Origin: Candidatus Eiseniibacteriota bacterium
GTDB lineage: Bacteria; ARS69
NCBI GenBank assembly: GCA_052390515.1
Contig: JBQTGV010000094.1
Span: 1-28,823 of the forward strand
DNA length: 28,823 bases
Reading direction: 5' to 3'
Shown: piece by piece, positions 1 to 8,559 of the stretch
Numbering within the stretch: position 1 is the stretch's first letter
Layout: every line of letters begins with the position of its first letter
Made by a program: the position numbers and the translations under genes
The notes under the pieces: generated by a model
The model's database searches: none
What the model saw: only the letters and a program-made list of their open reading frames with translations
What the model was told of the DNA's origin: nothing

Positions 1-726
1 GGCACGAGGAGCCACGCCGATCGGATCGGAGCCGGGTGCAGACTGCGCCGATGTCCGCGCCGATCTCGTCCCGAGGAAACGCGCGACGAAGTACGCGCCA
101 TAGACCAGCCCGGAGTAGTACGCGATCTGCACGTGTCCGGCGAGCACCTGCAGCGCCATCACCCCGCCGAGCCACACGAGTGATCGTCGCGCGGCGGGGC
201 CGTCACCCGCGTCCGCACACCGCCGGCACCGCTCGATGCACCACAGTCCGAGCGGCAGCCAGCACGCGACGTTCACCATGCTCAGATGCTTGAGGTGCGA
301 GATCAGGAAGCCCGAATAGGCGATGGCCACGGCGGCGAGCATCGCGGCGGGAGTCGAGGCGACGATCCGACGCGCGAAGAGGTACATGCCCACGGCGGCG
401 ACCACGAGCGTGAGCAGCATCGTCACGTTCAGGGCCGCGTACGGAGGGAGCAGCCCGAAGAGCAGGAGATTCGGCGGATAGCAGACGCCCGCCTCGGGGC
501 GCGCCAGCAGAGGGAAGCCTCCGTAGACCGGCGGGTACCACAGGGGCAGCTCGCCGCCCTTCAGCGCTTCGCCCAGGAAGAAGCGGGAGGGGAACGCGTC
601 GTTCATGAGATCGCTGGTGAAGATGTCGTCGGTGATGACGACGCCCTGCATGGTCGTCAGGGGCCAGAACGGAACGAGCACGAGCAGCACGAGGGCGACG
701 ACCGGAGCGGTGTGGGCATGCTGCAT
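1..726 (-). CDS. YfhO-like / GT-C-type polytopic membrane protein, N-terminal part (runs off left edge)
   Basis: Not in the ORF track because it has no stop in the window. Manual translation: MQHAHTAPVVALVLLVLVPFWPL...SDLMNDAFPSRFFLGEALKGGELPLWYPPVYGGFPLLARPEAGVCYPPNLL...LQVLAGHVQIAYY. The 'GELPLW-P---G-PLLA' and 'AGH-Q' patterns are typical of YfhO-like proteins. Alternative GTG start at 735. Confidence 0.75.
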   Translation of the reverse strand, partial: MQHAHTAPVVALVLLVLVPFWPLTTMQGVVITDDIFTSDLMNDAFPSRFFLGEALKGGELPLWYPPVYGGFPLLARPEAGVCYPPNLLLFGLLPPYAALNVTMLLTLVVAAVGMYLFARRIVASTPAAMLAAVAIAYSGFLISHLKHLSMVNVACWLPLGLWCIERCRRCADAGDGPAARRSLVWLGGVMALQVLAGHVQIAYYSGLVYGAYFVARFLGTRSARTSAQSAPGSDPIGVAPRA

Positions 727-748
727 CGCACTCACGCGGCAGCCCGGC

Positions 749-1639
749 TCAGGCCTGCGCCCCTTCGCGGCGAAGGCGCTCCAGACGCTGCGGCTCGTCC
801 TGCGGAAGCCACGGATCCTGCGAGAGCAGCTCGAACGCCTTGGCGAAGTGGGGCCGGGCTTCGTCGCGTCGGCGGAGTGCCAGCAGACACTCGGCGATCT
901 CCTCGTGCACGAACCCGTCGCTCGAGCCGGCCGCGTCGTGCTCGGTGAGCAGCGCTTGCTGCGCGGCGAGCGCCTTCTCCACCCGACCGAGCGAACGCAG
1001 CGCGCGAGCCACGCACCACCGCGCGATGCGAACCGGTCCCGCGTCCCCCTGCTCGAGGCGGAACGCGAGTGCCTCCTCGAAGAGCGCGTGTGCCCTCTCG
1101 AAGCGGCCGAGGCCGTGGTACGTCCAGCCCAGGTTGTTCAAGAGCGAGCCACGCCAGCGCCGCGCGCGCTCCTGCGTGGACGCCCGCGCGAGATCCAGCG
1201 CCCGCTCGTTCCAGACGACGGCCTCGTCCGGCGGCGAGACGATGGCGACCATGTGCGCGGCGTCGACGGCGAAGGCGTCCGCGGAGGTCTCGCGGCCGAG
1301 ACGCCAGGCCTCCTCGAAGAGCGGACGCGCGTCGTCCTTCCGCCCGGACGTGTTCGCCACGCGGCCGCGCTCCAGGAGCCAGCGCACGCGCACGATCGGG
1401 TCGGCGGTATCGAGCTCGCGCTCGACCGCTTCGAGCACCGCGCCGGCCTCGTCGTACTTCTTCTGCAGACCGAGCGCCCGCGCGATCTGCGTGCGCACCT
1501 GCAGCAGCGCCGACCGATCCGCGCCGGCACCACCGGCCTCGTCCAGAAGCCGCCGGAACTTCGCCTCCGTTCCTGCCGGATCGCCGAAGTCCCACTGCTC
1601 GTCGAGGCGGGCGAGCACGTCCGGTTCGGTGGCGCTCAT
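749..1639 (-). CDS. Tetratricopeptide-repeat protein
   Basis: 296-aa helical-repeat ORF with TPR-like segments (LLNNLGWTYHGLGRFERAHALFEEAL; EEIAECLLALRRRDEARPHFAKA). Confidence 0.8.
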   Translation of the reverse strand: MSATEPDVLARLDEQWDFGDPAGTEAKFRRLLDEAGGAGADRSALLQVRTQIARALGLQKKYDEAGAVLEAVERELDTADPIVRVRWLLERGRVANTSGRKDDARPLFEEAWRLGRETSADAFAVDAAHMVAIVSPPDEAVVWNERALDLARASTQERARRWRGSLLNNLGWTYHGLGRFERAHALFEEALAFRLEQGDAGPVRIARWCVARALRSLGRVEKALAAQQALLTEHDAAGSSDGFVHEEIAECLLALRRRDEARPHFAKAFELLSQDPWLPQDEPQRLERLRREGAQA

Positions 1640-1685
1640 GTCCGGAGGCTAACTTCCTGACGCCACGCGAGCGCGCCGTGCGGGA

Positions 1686-1726
1686 AAACCCCCGCGGCGG
1701 TACGGGCTACTCCCGATACCGCCGCA
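1686..1726 (-). terminator. Probable intrinsic terminator hairpin downstream of the response regulator
   Basis: Minus strand GCGGCGGTA-TCGGG-AGTAG-CCCG-TACCGCCGC followed by GGGGGTTTT. Confidence 0.4.
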
Positions 1727-1878
1727 GGACCGCGGCACCGGATACTCTGTGGGAGTGAGATGACCTGAGGGGGCGAGGGGCCTCCGACCATCATCTTGGA
1801 AGGGTCGCACGGGACGTCGACCTCGCTTCGGATGTCCCGGGCCGCACACCCGGCGTCGCTGGCCCCTCGTAGTCATCG

Positions 1879-2505
1879 TCATCCGCCCTTCCCCTTGAGC
1901 CCCCCCGACACCGCCAGGCGCACGAGTTCGGCCGCGTTCTTCGCGCGCATCTTGCTCATCGTGCTGGTGCGGTGCGCCTCGACCGTCTTCACGCTGATGC
2001 CCAGCTCCGAGGCGATCATCTTGCTGCTCATCCCGTCGATGATCAGCTCCAGCACCTTCACCTCGCGTGCGGTCAGCAGCGCAAGCCGCGACCCGATGTC
2101 CTCCTGATCGGCGCGCTGCGCTTCGCGGCGAGCCTCCCGGGCCAGCGCCTCCTGCACGCGGTCGAGCAGCTCCTGGTGGCTGAACGGCTTTTCCAGGAAG
2201 TCCAGCGCGCCGGCCTTCATCGCGCGGACAGCGGTGGAGACTTCGCCGTGACCGGTGATGAACACGATGGGAACGTCGGGGAAGCGGGCGCGCAGCCGCT
2301 CGAAGACGTCGAGCCCGCCCATGCCCGGCATGCGCAGGTCCAGGACGACGCAGCCGGGGCGGTCGAGCGGAGACTGCAGCAAGTCGATCGGCCGGGCGAA
2401 GGAGCGCACCGTGAGCCCGACCGACTCGAGCAGCGCGGTCAGGGATTGGCGGACACTCTCCTCGTCGTCCACCACGACGACGGTGCCTTTGCGCAGGTCC
2501 TTCAT
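1879..2505 (-). CDS. FixJ/LuxR-family two-component response regulator
   Basis: Receiver domain (VVVVDD...LDLRMPGMGG...ITGHG...DFLEKP) plus LuxR HTH (LTAREVKVLELIIDGMSSKMIASELGISVKTVEAHR). Confidence 0.92.
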   Translation of the reverse strand: MKDLRKGTVVVVDDEESVRQSLTALLESVGLTVRSFARPIDLLQSPLDRPGCVVLDLRMPGMGGLDVFERLRARFPDVPIVFITGHGEVSTAVRAMKAGALDFLEKPFSHQELLDRVQEALAREARREAQRADQEDIGSRLALLTAREVKVLELIIDGMSSKMIASELGISVKTVEAHRTSTMSKMRAKNAAELVRLAVSGGLKGKGG

Positions 2506-2553
2506 CCCTTCGGGCCCCCAATAACGTACCGCGATTGTAGGCCCGGCCCGACC

Positions 2554-3282
2554 TCACCGGAACAGCGTTTTCACGCCTCCCCAGGACGAGGGGGCGACGG
2601 ACACCGGATCCGGCAGGTAGAGCACGGTGAGCACCGGCGCGTTCGAGGAGCTGCCGTTCTCCCGAGTGTCGTAGCGTTTCGTGGACGCAATGCCGCTCTC
2701 GTCCCCCAGCAGGATCCAGCCGTGGTTCTGGGCGGGGTCGTCCAGCCAGACCTGAACGTCCGCGATCATCGCCGCGGTCGACCCCCAGGTGTAGGCGCCG
2801 GTCAGGGCAGCCGTGACGGACGCACTGGCAACGGCGGCGAAGTCCCCGCCGGGCGTCCCCCACGACGTCGTGTTCCAGAAGCGGTGGATCCAGGTGGCGT
2901 CGCCGGACGTGGCTGCTCCGCCCTGCCCTTCCTCGCCGCCCGCCAGCGACGTCCCTTCGCCCCAACCGGCCGTGACGCGGTGCAACGAAACGTCGTGCGC
3001 GACCGTGCTGCCGACCTTCGAGCAGTTCAGCCGCAGCATGGCGCTCACGATCTGCGAGCCGGCGGGAACGGCGCCCGCGACGTCGAAGCGCAACAGAGCC
3101 CGGCGCACCTGGGAGCCGGCGGTAGCGCCGACGAACATGTGCTTGCCCTTGGCGTTGCTCAGGCTGCCGCTCGGATCGTAGTAGAGCGTGTTGTCCCGAT
3201 CGGCGGGGATGTCCACCGAGTCCGCGGAGGCGGAGGCGGCAGCGGCGAAGAAGGCGGCGAAGACGAGAAGCGAACGGATCAT
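2554..3282 (-). CDS. Secreted DNRLRE-like domain protein with C-terminal SWGxVK tail
   Basis: Signal peptide (MIRSLLVFAAFFAAAASASA), DNTLY...RRALLRFD...W-EG...ATW...NHGWIL...P-L-V pattern, ends VAPSSWGGVKTLFR. Confidence 0.75.
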   Translation of the reverse strand: MIRSLLVFAAFFAAAASASADSVDIPADRDNTLYYDPSGSLSNAKGKHMFVGATAGSQVRRALLRFDVAGAVPAGSQIVSAMLRLNCSKVGSTVAHDVSLHRVTAGWGEGTSLAGGEEGQGGAATSGDATWIHRFWNTTSWGTPGGDFAAVASASVTAALTGAYTWGSTAAMIADVQVWLDDPAQNHGWILLGDESGIASTKRYDTRENGSSSNAPVLTVLYLPDPVSVAPSSWGGVKTLFR

Positions 3283-3312
3283 GGGTGTGCCTCCAGTGGC
3301 AGGGCGGAGAGT

Positions 3313-4161
3313 TCAGCGCGAGGGATCGCGGCGAGCCGATTCCACCGCGGCGGCGGACGCGGGTGGCGGCACGTACGTCACGGTCAAGCTCGGACGGTTC
3401 GCGGCAGAGGGGTTGGTGCGGCTGTCGAAGCGCCTCCCCGATCCGAGCGGCTCCGTCTCGTCGCCGATCAGGATCCACCCGTGGTTCGCGGTCGGATCGT
3501 CCACCCACATCTGCGCGTCGGCGACGAGCCCCGCGGTGGACGCCCACGTCACCGGTCCCGCCGCAGCGATGTCGGCGCCGGCGCTCGACGCGGCCGCGTA
3601 GTCGCCGCCGAGGGCCGCCCAGAGCAGGGTGTCGTACTCGCGGTGCCTCCAGGTCGCGTCGCCGGCGGTCGGGAGGCTGCCGCCGCCCTCGCCGCTGCCG
3701 GTGCCGCTGCCCGATCCGCAGCAACCCGACGTGCCTTCGCCCCAGCGGTCAGTGAGCCGGTGCAACGACGCCGTTCGTGCCACCGTGTCTCCCGTGCGGA
3801 CGACGGAGCAGTACATGTCCAGCCGGCACGACTCGACCGTCGAGCCCGCGGGAATCAGGGAGAGATCGAACCGGATCAGCGCACGCCGGACCATTCCCGC
3901 TGCACCGCCCGGAGTCACCCCGACGTGGAGGAAGTTTCCCCCGCCGTTGCTGAGGTCCACGGTCGGGTGGTTGTAGATCGTGTTGTCGGCCGCGGCCGGG
4001 ATCACGACCGTCTCCGGAGACGGCGGCCCTCCACCGTCGTCGGGCGGGTCCGGATCGGGTGCTTCACCGAGATCGGCGCACGCCCCAGAAAGGGCGGCGC
4101 CGACCAGGGCGAAGACTGCGGCGAAGCGTCCACCGATGAGCCGCCTCCGGACGGGGTGCAC
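3313..4161 (-). CDS. DNRLRE-like domain lipoprotein, paralogue of the neighbour (start uncertain)
   Basis: Lipobox-like AALSGAC, Pro-rich linker, then DNTIY...RRALIRFD...WGEG...DATW...NHGWILIG. GTG at 4161 chosen because the longer ORF overlaps the upstream gene. Confidence 0.7.
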   Translation of the reverse strand: MHPVRRRLIGGRFAAVFALVGAALSGACADLGEAPDPDPPDDGGGPPSPETVVIPAAADNTIYNHPTVDLSNGGGNFLHVGVTPGGAAGMVRRALIRFDLSLIPAGSTVESCRLDMYCSVVRTGDTVARTASLHRLTDRWGEGTSGCCGSGSGTGSGEGGGSLPTAGDATWRHREYDTLLWAALGGDYAAASSAGADIAAAGPVTWASTAGLVADAQMWVDDPTANHGWILIGDETEPLGSGRRFDSRTNPSAANRPSLTVTYVPPPASAAAVESARRDPSR

Positions 4162-4172
4162 CCGGTGCGCGG

Positions 4173-5267
4173 CTAGCGGAGAACGACGATCTGGCGGGAT
4201 CGGCTGCCCGACGCGGATTCGACCCGCGCGAAGTACACGCCCGCGGGAACGAGCGCTCCGCCCGCGTCCCGCGTGTCCCACGCCACGATGCCGGTGCCGT
4301 CGGACTCGCCGTCGTACAGGGCCCGAACGGTGCGTCCGGCCACGTCGTGGATCGTCACGACGAACCGGCCCGCTTCGGGCAGGCGGTACAGCAGCGCGAC
4401 GTTCCCGTGCGGCGCCGGGTTCGGCGCGGCCACGAGGGAGAGCCCCGCCGCTCCCGCGGGCAGCGGACCCACGCCGGTAGGCGGACTGATGGGCAGGATC
4501 TGCCCGCGGATCTCACCGTTGCCGTCGAACGTCGAGTGGATGTTCACGTAGGTGAGACCGGCGAGGATGCTCGCCTCGTCCGCCGCGAGGTAGTTCCAGA
4601 CGCCGATCTTGGGATTGCCGAGCACCAGAGCGTGCTTGACGCCTGCGTTGACGCCGATGGCGCCGAAGCCGTGGATGTGCGCGGCGTTCTCCGCGCCCGT
4701 GAGCGCGCCGAAGCGGATCTCGTAGCTCAGCGTGTTCGCGGCGGTGTCGATGTCGAACACCCCGATGCCCTGGCCGCCCGGCGAGGGATTCGGCGGGACC
4801 TCCTGCAGCGGGTCGATGATGGCCACCATGTCCGTGGCGGGCTCGACCACGATCTGGCCGCGGATCTCGCCACCGCCGTGCACGGTCGAGTGGATGTTGA
4901 AGTACGTGAGGCCGGCCATGATGTCGGCTTCCTGGGCCTCGAGGTAATTCCACGCGCCGATCTTCGGACTCCCCGCAGGAAGCCCGTGCAGCACGCCAGC
5001 GCCGCCCACACCGGACGGCGCGAAGCCGTGGATGTGCGCGGCCGTCTCCGGTCCGAGCAGCCCGGTGAAAACCACGTGGTAGAAGAGCGTGGTTGTGCCC
5101 GTGTCGAGCAGGGCGTGGCCCAGCCCGGTCGCGGGGGTCGCGACGACCGGGACCTCCTGGAGGCCGTCGATCGACGCTGCCTGCATGTGAGCGAGTCCGA
5201 ATGCCGGCCCGGACATCGCCAGCGGGACCAGGGCGGCCAGCGGCGCCGCGAAGCTTCTCCTCAGCAT
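4173..5267 (-). CDS. Secreted protein with two CHRD domains and a C-terminal FlgD-Ig-like domain
   Basis: GGAGG RBS before ATG 5267 and a signal peptide. Two repeats of QEVP...AAHIHG...Y-NIHST---GEIRGQI. C-terminus APNP...IHDVAGRTVRAL...WDTRDAGG-LVPAGVYF. Confidence 0.88.
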   Translation of the reverse strand: MLRRSFAAPLAALVPLAMSGPAFGLAHMQAASIDGLQEVPVVATPATGLGHALLDTGTTTLFYHVVFTGLLGPETAAHIHGFAPSGVGGAGVLHGLPAGSPKIGAWNYLEAQEADIMAGLTYFNIHSTVHGGGEIRGQIVVEPATDMVAIIDPLQEVPPNPSPGGQGIGVFDIDTAANTLSYEIRFGALTGAENAAHIHGFGAIGVNAGVKHALVLGNPKIGVWNYLAADEASILAGLTYVNIHSTFDGNGEIRGQILPISPPTGVGPLPAGAAGLSLVAAPNPAPHGNVALLYRLPEAGRFVVTIHDVAGRTVRALYDGESDGTGIVAWDTRDAGGALVPAGVYFARVESASGSRSRQIVVLR

Positions 5268-5387
5268 GGTTCCTCCGTTCCTGGAGCCCGGGAGGCGCGT
5301 CCCGGAGCGCGTGCGGTGACCCACAGAGACGCTCGCCCGCGCCCTGATACCGCTCGACAGGCCGGCAGGGCTCTTCGAAACTCGCGG

Positions 5388-6854
5388 GTGTCGCTGCCTC
5401 GGCTGATTGTACCGCTTGCCATTGCCGCGTACGCCGCGGCCCTTCTCGCCGCGGGCGGACGGATCGCCGTGTTCGAGGACGAGGCGATCATCGTGGCGAA
5501 CGCCGGAGAGCGGGATCCAAGCGAGGTCCTGGCCGGCTACTTCCAGGCGAAAGCCGTCCTGGAGCACCCCCCGCTCTACGACCTGTTCCTCGGGGCCTGG
5601 ATCCGCGCCGCCGACCCCTCGCCGGCCATGCTCCGCGCGCCCTCGATCCTCGCCTGGGGGGTGGGGGTCTGGCTGCTCGGGCTCTGCGCCCGGCGGGTCC
5701 TGGGGCGCGCGTGGCCGACAGTGCTCATCGCGCTGGCGTGGCCGCCCGGGCCCTTCTTCGCCGTTCCGGCCCACTGGGCCTGCTTCGCCTTCCTGACGGA
5801 GGCCGGGCTGCTGTGGGCCTGGTTCACTTGGCGCGCGACCGGCCGTCCGCGGGACCTGACGGCCGCCGTGGCGTTCGGGGTGGCGATGCTCTGGACCTCC
5901 TGGTTCGGCTGGGCCGTCGTCGCCGCGCTGGCGGCCTTCGCCCTGGCGGGACGCCCCCGGCCGCCTCTCGCGCCGCTCGGGCTGGCGCTCGGCGTGCTGG
6001 TGGCCGCGTTCCTGCCGCTCGCGCCGGAGTTCGTGCGGGAGCTCGGCGCGGGGACGGACCTGGCGCGCGGGCCCGGCGCCGTCCTGGCCGACGCCGCGTA
6101 TCACGGCTGGGCGCTTCTCGCCGGCGAAGCGGTAGCGCCCTGGACCGTCCCGGCGATTCTCGTGGCCGCCGGGATGGCCGGGCTTGCCGCCGCCGCCTGG
6201 CGGGCGCGGGCCGTGCGAAGGCCGCTGGCGCTCCTCGGTGTGCTTTTCGCCGCCGGCGTCGTCTCCGGCATCCTCAACGCGAAGCGCCTCGTCATCTTCG
6301 CCCCGTTCCTGCTGCTCTCGCTCGGCGCCATCGTCGAGGGCACCACCCGGCGGCGGCTCGCCCTCGGATCCCTCGCCGTCGTGTTCGGCACCGCCTGGAT
6401 CGGTGCGCTCACCGGATCGTGGTGGGGGACGTGGCGATACGTCGAGCCCTGGGGCGAAGTCGTCGCGGACGCGTTCGCCCGCGCCCGGCCCGGTGACGTC
6501 GTGCTCTGCAACCACCCCTCGTTCTGGTTCCGCGCGCGCTTCGAGCGGGGCTGGACCGACTGGGGGCGCGTGCTTCCCGAGGCGGCCTTCGACGACGGCG
6601 GCATCGTCTGCTCCCCGCTGGTCGGCTGGCGCGACGTCGTCGAGCGGCGGAACCACGTCATCCACGTCCGGACCGTCGTGAACCCGGATCGAAGCGAGGA
6701 GCAGCGCTTGCTCGAAGAGCACCTGGCAGGGGAGTTCACGCTCTCGACGCCGCGGCGCTGGATCGAGGACCGCGCGTCCGGCCTGAAGAACCGGTTCGTG
6801 GGAAACCAGCCGCGGTGGCGGATCGAGATCACCGAGTGGACGCGCGGCGGGTAG
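5388..6854 (+). CDS. Polytopic membrane glycosyltransferase (GT-C / ArnT-PMT-like)
   Basis: FEDEA and EHPPLYDL..LRAPS motifs after the first TM helix, and many TM segments. Start GTG 5388 inferred. Confidence 0.7.
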   Translation: MSLPRLIVPLAIAAYAAALLAAGGRIAVFEDEAIIVANAGERDPSEVLAGYFQAKAVLEHPPLYDLFLGAWIRAADPSPAMLRAPSILAWGVGVWLLGLCARRVLGRAWPTVLIALAWPPGPFFAVPAHWACFAFLTEAGLLWAWFTWRATGRPRDLTAAVAFGVAMLWTSWFGWAVVAALAAFALAGRPRPPLAPLGLALGVLVAAFLPLAPEFVRELGAGTDLARGPGAVLADAAYHGWALLAGEAVAPWTVPAILVAAGMAGLAAAAWRARAVRRPLALLGVLFAAGVVSGILNAKRLVIFAPFLLLSLGAIVEGTTRRRLALGSLAVVFGTAWIGALTGSWWGTWRYVEPWGEVVADAFARARPGDVVLCNHPSFWFRARFERGWTDWGRVLPEAAFDDGGIVCSPLVGWRDVVERRNHVIHVRTVVNPDRSEEQRLLEEHLAGEFTLSTPRRWIEDRASGLKNRFVGNQPRWRIEITEWTRGG

Positions 6855-6925
6855 CGTGCTCGGAGCGCGGAACGCCGGCCGCGCCGAGTCGGGCCCACGC
6901 GCCGAGGCAACGGCCACAACGCGAA

Positions 6926-6955
6926 GCGCCCCGGGCTCCTTCGAGTCCGGGGCGC
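6926..6955 (-). terminator. Hairpin terminator after peptide 1, also convergent with the GT-C gene
   Basis: GCGCCCCGGACTC-GAAG-GAGCCCGGGGCGC-TT; conserved after peptides 2 and 3. Confidence 0.65.
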
Positions 6956-6981
6956 CGCCGCCTCTTCCTGCCGCCTCGTTC

Positions 6982-7152
6982 TTAGCGGTTCCGGACGCTG
7001 ATCGACTGAACCGCCAGGTCGCCGAAGTGGTCGCCGCTCTCGCCCGGGTCGCCGATCGGCTGCGCGGGAGTTCCCGTCCCACCGACCACCTTCACCAGTT
7101 CCTCGTTCGCCAGGGCCTTCACCGTCGTCTCGTTCAGGTTCTTGCGCGTCAT
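6982..7152 (-). CDS. Double-glycine-leader precursor peptide 1 (56 aa)
   Basis: MTRKNLNETTVKALANEELVKVVGG|TGTPAQPIGDPGESGDHFGDLAVQSISVRNR. GAGGAG RBS and an L-x2-EEL-x2-V-x-GG leader. Confidence 0.85.
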   Translation of the reverse strand: MTRKNLNETTVKALANEELVKVVGGTGTPAQPIGDPGESGDHFGDLAVQSISVRNR

Positions 7153-7216
7153 TTTCGGATCTCCTCTGGTTTGGTTTCTCGTTCGCCTTTGCAACCCTGT
7201 TCGATGCACGCCTCCG

Positions 7217-7245
7217 TACGCGGGGCGGCTCGGGGTTCTCGGGGG
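7217..7245 (-). promoter_or_regulatory. Putative ECF promoter motif A, copy 1
   Basis: CCCCCGAGAAC-N14-CGTA; five copies with identical spacing in the window. Confidence 0.75.
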
Positions 7246-7339
7246 GGTGTGCCCGGGGGCGCCGCATCCGCAGGACGGCCGAAGGGGAGGCGACCGGCGC
7301 CGGGACGGGCGACAGCTCCTTGTAGCTGGTGGTCTCGTC

Positions 7340-7831
7340 CTAGCTGGCCGTCTCGTCCAGGGCAGTCTCGATCGCCCGGCGCAGCTTGGCGTCCTTGGGG
7401 TCGAGGCGGGGGTCGAAGCGGGAGATGACCCGGCCGTCGCGGGCGACGAGGTACTTCGTGAAGTTCCAGCTGGGGTCGGGGTGATCCCGGGTGAGGAAAC
7501 GGTAGATCTCGTCCTTCCCGCGGCCCTTCACTTTGCGCTTCGCGAAGAGTGGGAAGCTCACGGCGTAGCGGGAGGAGCAGAAGGCGCGGATCTCTTCCGG
7601 ACTACCGGGCTCCTGGCCACCGAAGTCGTTGCTGGGGAAGCCGAGCACCGTGAAACCCCTCGGCGCAAGTTCTCCGTGCAGTGCCTCGAGGGCGGTGTAC
7701 TGCGGTGTCAGACCGCAGCGGCTGGCCAGGTTGACGACGAGGCAGACCCGCCCGGCGAATGTCGAGAGGGGCGCCGGGGAGCCTTCCAGGGTGTCGGTCG
7801 TGAAATCGAAGAACGACGGCGGCGCGGGCAA
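7340..7831 (-). CDS. gpx: Glutathione peroxidase family protein (Cys type)
   Basis: VVNLASRCGLTPQY, LGFPSNDFGGQEPG and WNFTKYLV motifs. TTG start 7831 after GGAGG. Catalytic codon is TGC, not Sec. Confidence 0.93.
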   Translation of the reverse strand: MPAPPSFFDFTTDTLEGSPAPLSTFAGRVCLVVNLASRCGLTPQYTALEALHGELAPRGFTVLGFPSNDFGGQEPGSPEEIRAFCSSRYAVSFPLFAKRKVKGRGKDEIYRFLTRDHPDPSWNFTKYLVARDGRVISRFDPRLDPKDAKLRRAIETALDETAS

Positions 7832-7908
7832 GGGCGAACCTCCGGACGGCGCAGAATAACCCGAACGCGTCGGCGCCGCGAAGCCGGGGGAACCCCCCGG
7901 ACGGCAAA

Positions 7909-7938
7909 GCGCCCCGGACCCTTTCGAGCCCAGGGCGC
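7909..7938 (-). terminator. Hairpin terminator after peptide 2
   Basis: GCGCCCTGGGCTC-GAAA-GGGTCCGGGGCGC-TTT. Confidence 0.65.
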
Positions 7939-7962
7939 CGGCGCCAGCCCGCTCGGTCTGCC

Positions 7963-8130
7963 TTAGCGGCCCGGCTTGGAGAACGCCTGCCACGCCATCT
8001 CGCCGAAGGCCTCGCCGGTCTCGGCCGGGTCGCCGATCGGCTGCTCGGGGGTGCCCGTCCCGCCGACCACCTTCGCCAGTTCCTCGTTCGCCAGGGCCTT
8101 TACCGTCTCGTTCAGGTTCTTGCGCGTCAT
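7963..8130 (-). CDS. Double-glycine-leader precursor peptide 2 (55 aa)
   Basis: MTRKNLNETVKALANEELAKVVGG|TGTPEQPIGDPAETGEAFGEMAWQAFSKPGR; GAGGAG RBS. Confidence 0.85.
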   Translation of the reverse strand: MTRKNLNETVKALANEELAKVVGGTGTPEQPIGDPAETGEAFGEMAWQAFSKPGR

Positions 8131-8194
8131 TTGAGTCTCTCCTCTGGTTTGGTTTCTCGTTCGCCTTTGCAACCCTGTTCGATGCACGCCTCCG

Positions 8195-8223
8195 TACGGT
8201 GGCCGGGCGGGGGTTCTCGGGGG
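8195..8223 (-). promoter_or_regulatory. Putative ECF promoter motif A, copy 2
   Basis: CCCCCGAGAAC-CCCCGCCCGGCCAC-CGTA. Confidence 0.75.
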
Positions 8224-8273
8224 GGTCGGGGCGAGGGAAGTTCGACGTCCTGGGAGGCCGGCCCCAACGCGAA

Positions 8274-8304
8274 GCGCCCCGGGCTCCTTCGAGTCCCGGG
8301 GCGC
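8274..8304 (-). terminator. Hairpin terminator after peptide 3
   Basis: GCGCCCCGGGACTC-GAAG-GAGCCCGGGGCGC-TT. Confidence 0.65.
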
Positions 8305-8330
8305 CTCCGCCTCTTCCTGCCCCCTCGTTC

Positions 8331-8495
8331 CTAGCGGTTCCGGACGCTGATCGACTGGACCGCCAGGTCGCCGAAGTGGTCGCCGCTCTCGCCCGGGTCG
8401 CCGATCGGCTGCGCGGGGGTTCCCGTCCCGCCGACCACCTTCGCCAGTTCCTCGCTCGCCAGGGCCTTCACCGTCTCGAACCGATTGCGCGTCAT
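8331..8495 (-). CDS. Double-glycine-leader precursor peptide 3 (54 aa)
   Basis: MTRNRFETVKALASEELAKVVGG|TGTPAQPIGDPGESGDHFGDLAVQSISVRNR. Core identical to peptide 1 with only synonymous DNA changes. Confidence 0.85.
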   Translation of the reverse strand: MTRNRFETVKALASEELAKVVGGTGTPAQPIGDPGESGDHFGDLAVQSISVRNR

Positions 8496-8559
8496 TTTCG
8501 GATCTCCTCTGGTTTGGTTTCTCGTTCGCCCTTGCATCCCTGTTCGATGCACGCCTCCG

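Larger units (their letters stand above)
6917..7245 (-). repeat. Peptide cassette copy 1 (promoter-5'UTR-peptide gene-hairpin)
   Basis: Near-identical to 8265-8588 and homologous to 7909-8223. Confidence 0.92.
7909..8223 (-). repeat. Peptide cassette copy 2 (diverged core)
   Basis: 5'UTR almost identical to copy 1. Terminator hairpin conserved with pairing-preserving changes. Confidence 0.88.

Noticed and set aside
7340-7831. Selenocysteine glutathione peroxidase
   Set aside because: The active-site codon is TGC (Cys).
7832-7993. Long N-terminal extension of gpx, and similar long extensions in the ORF track (4173-7082, 4347-6854, 16398-18320, 17729-19579, 25073-26296)
   Set aside because: They overlap real neighbouring genes; better downstream starts were chosen.
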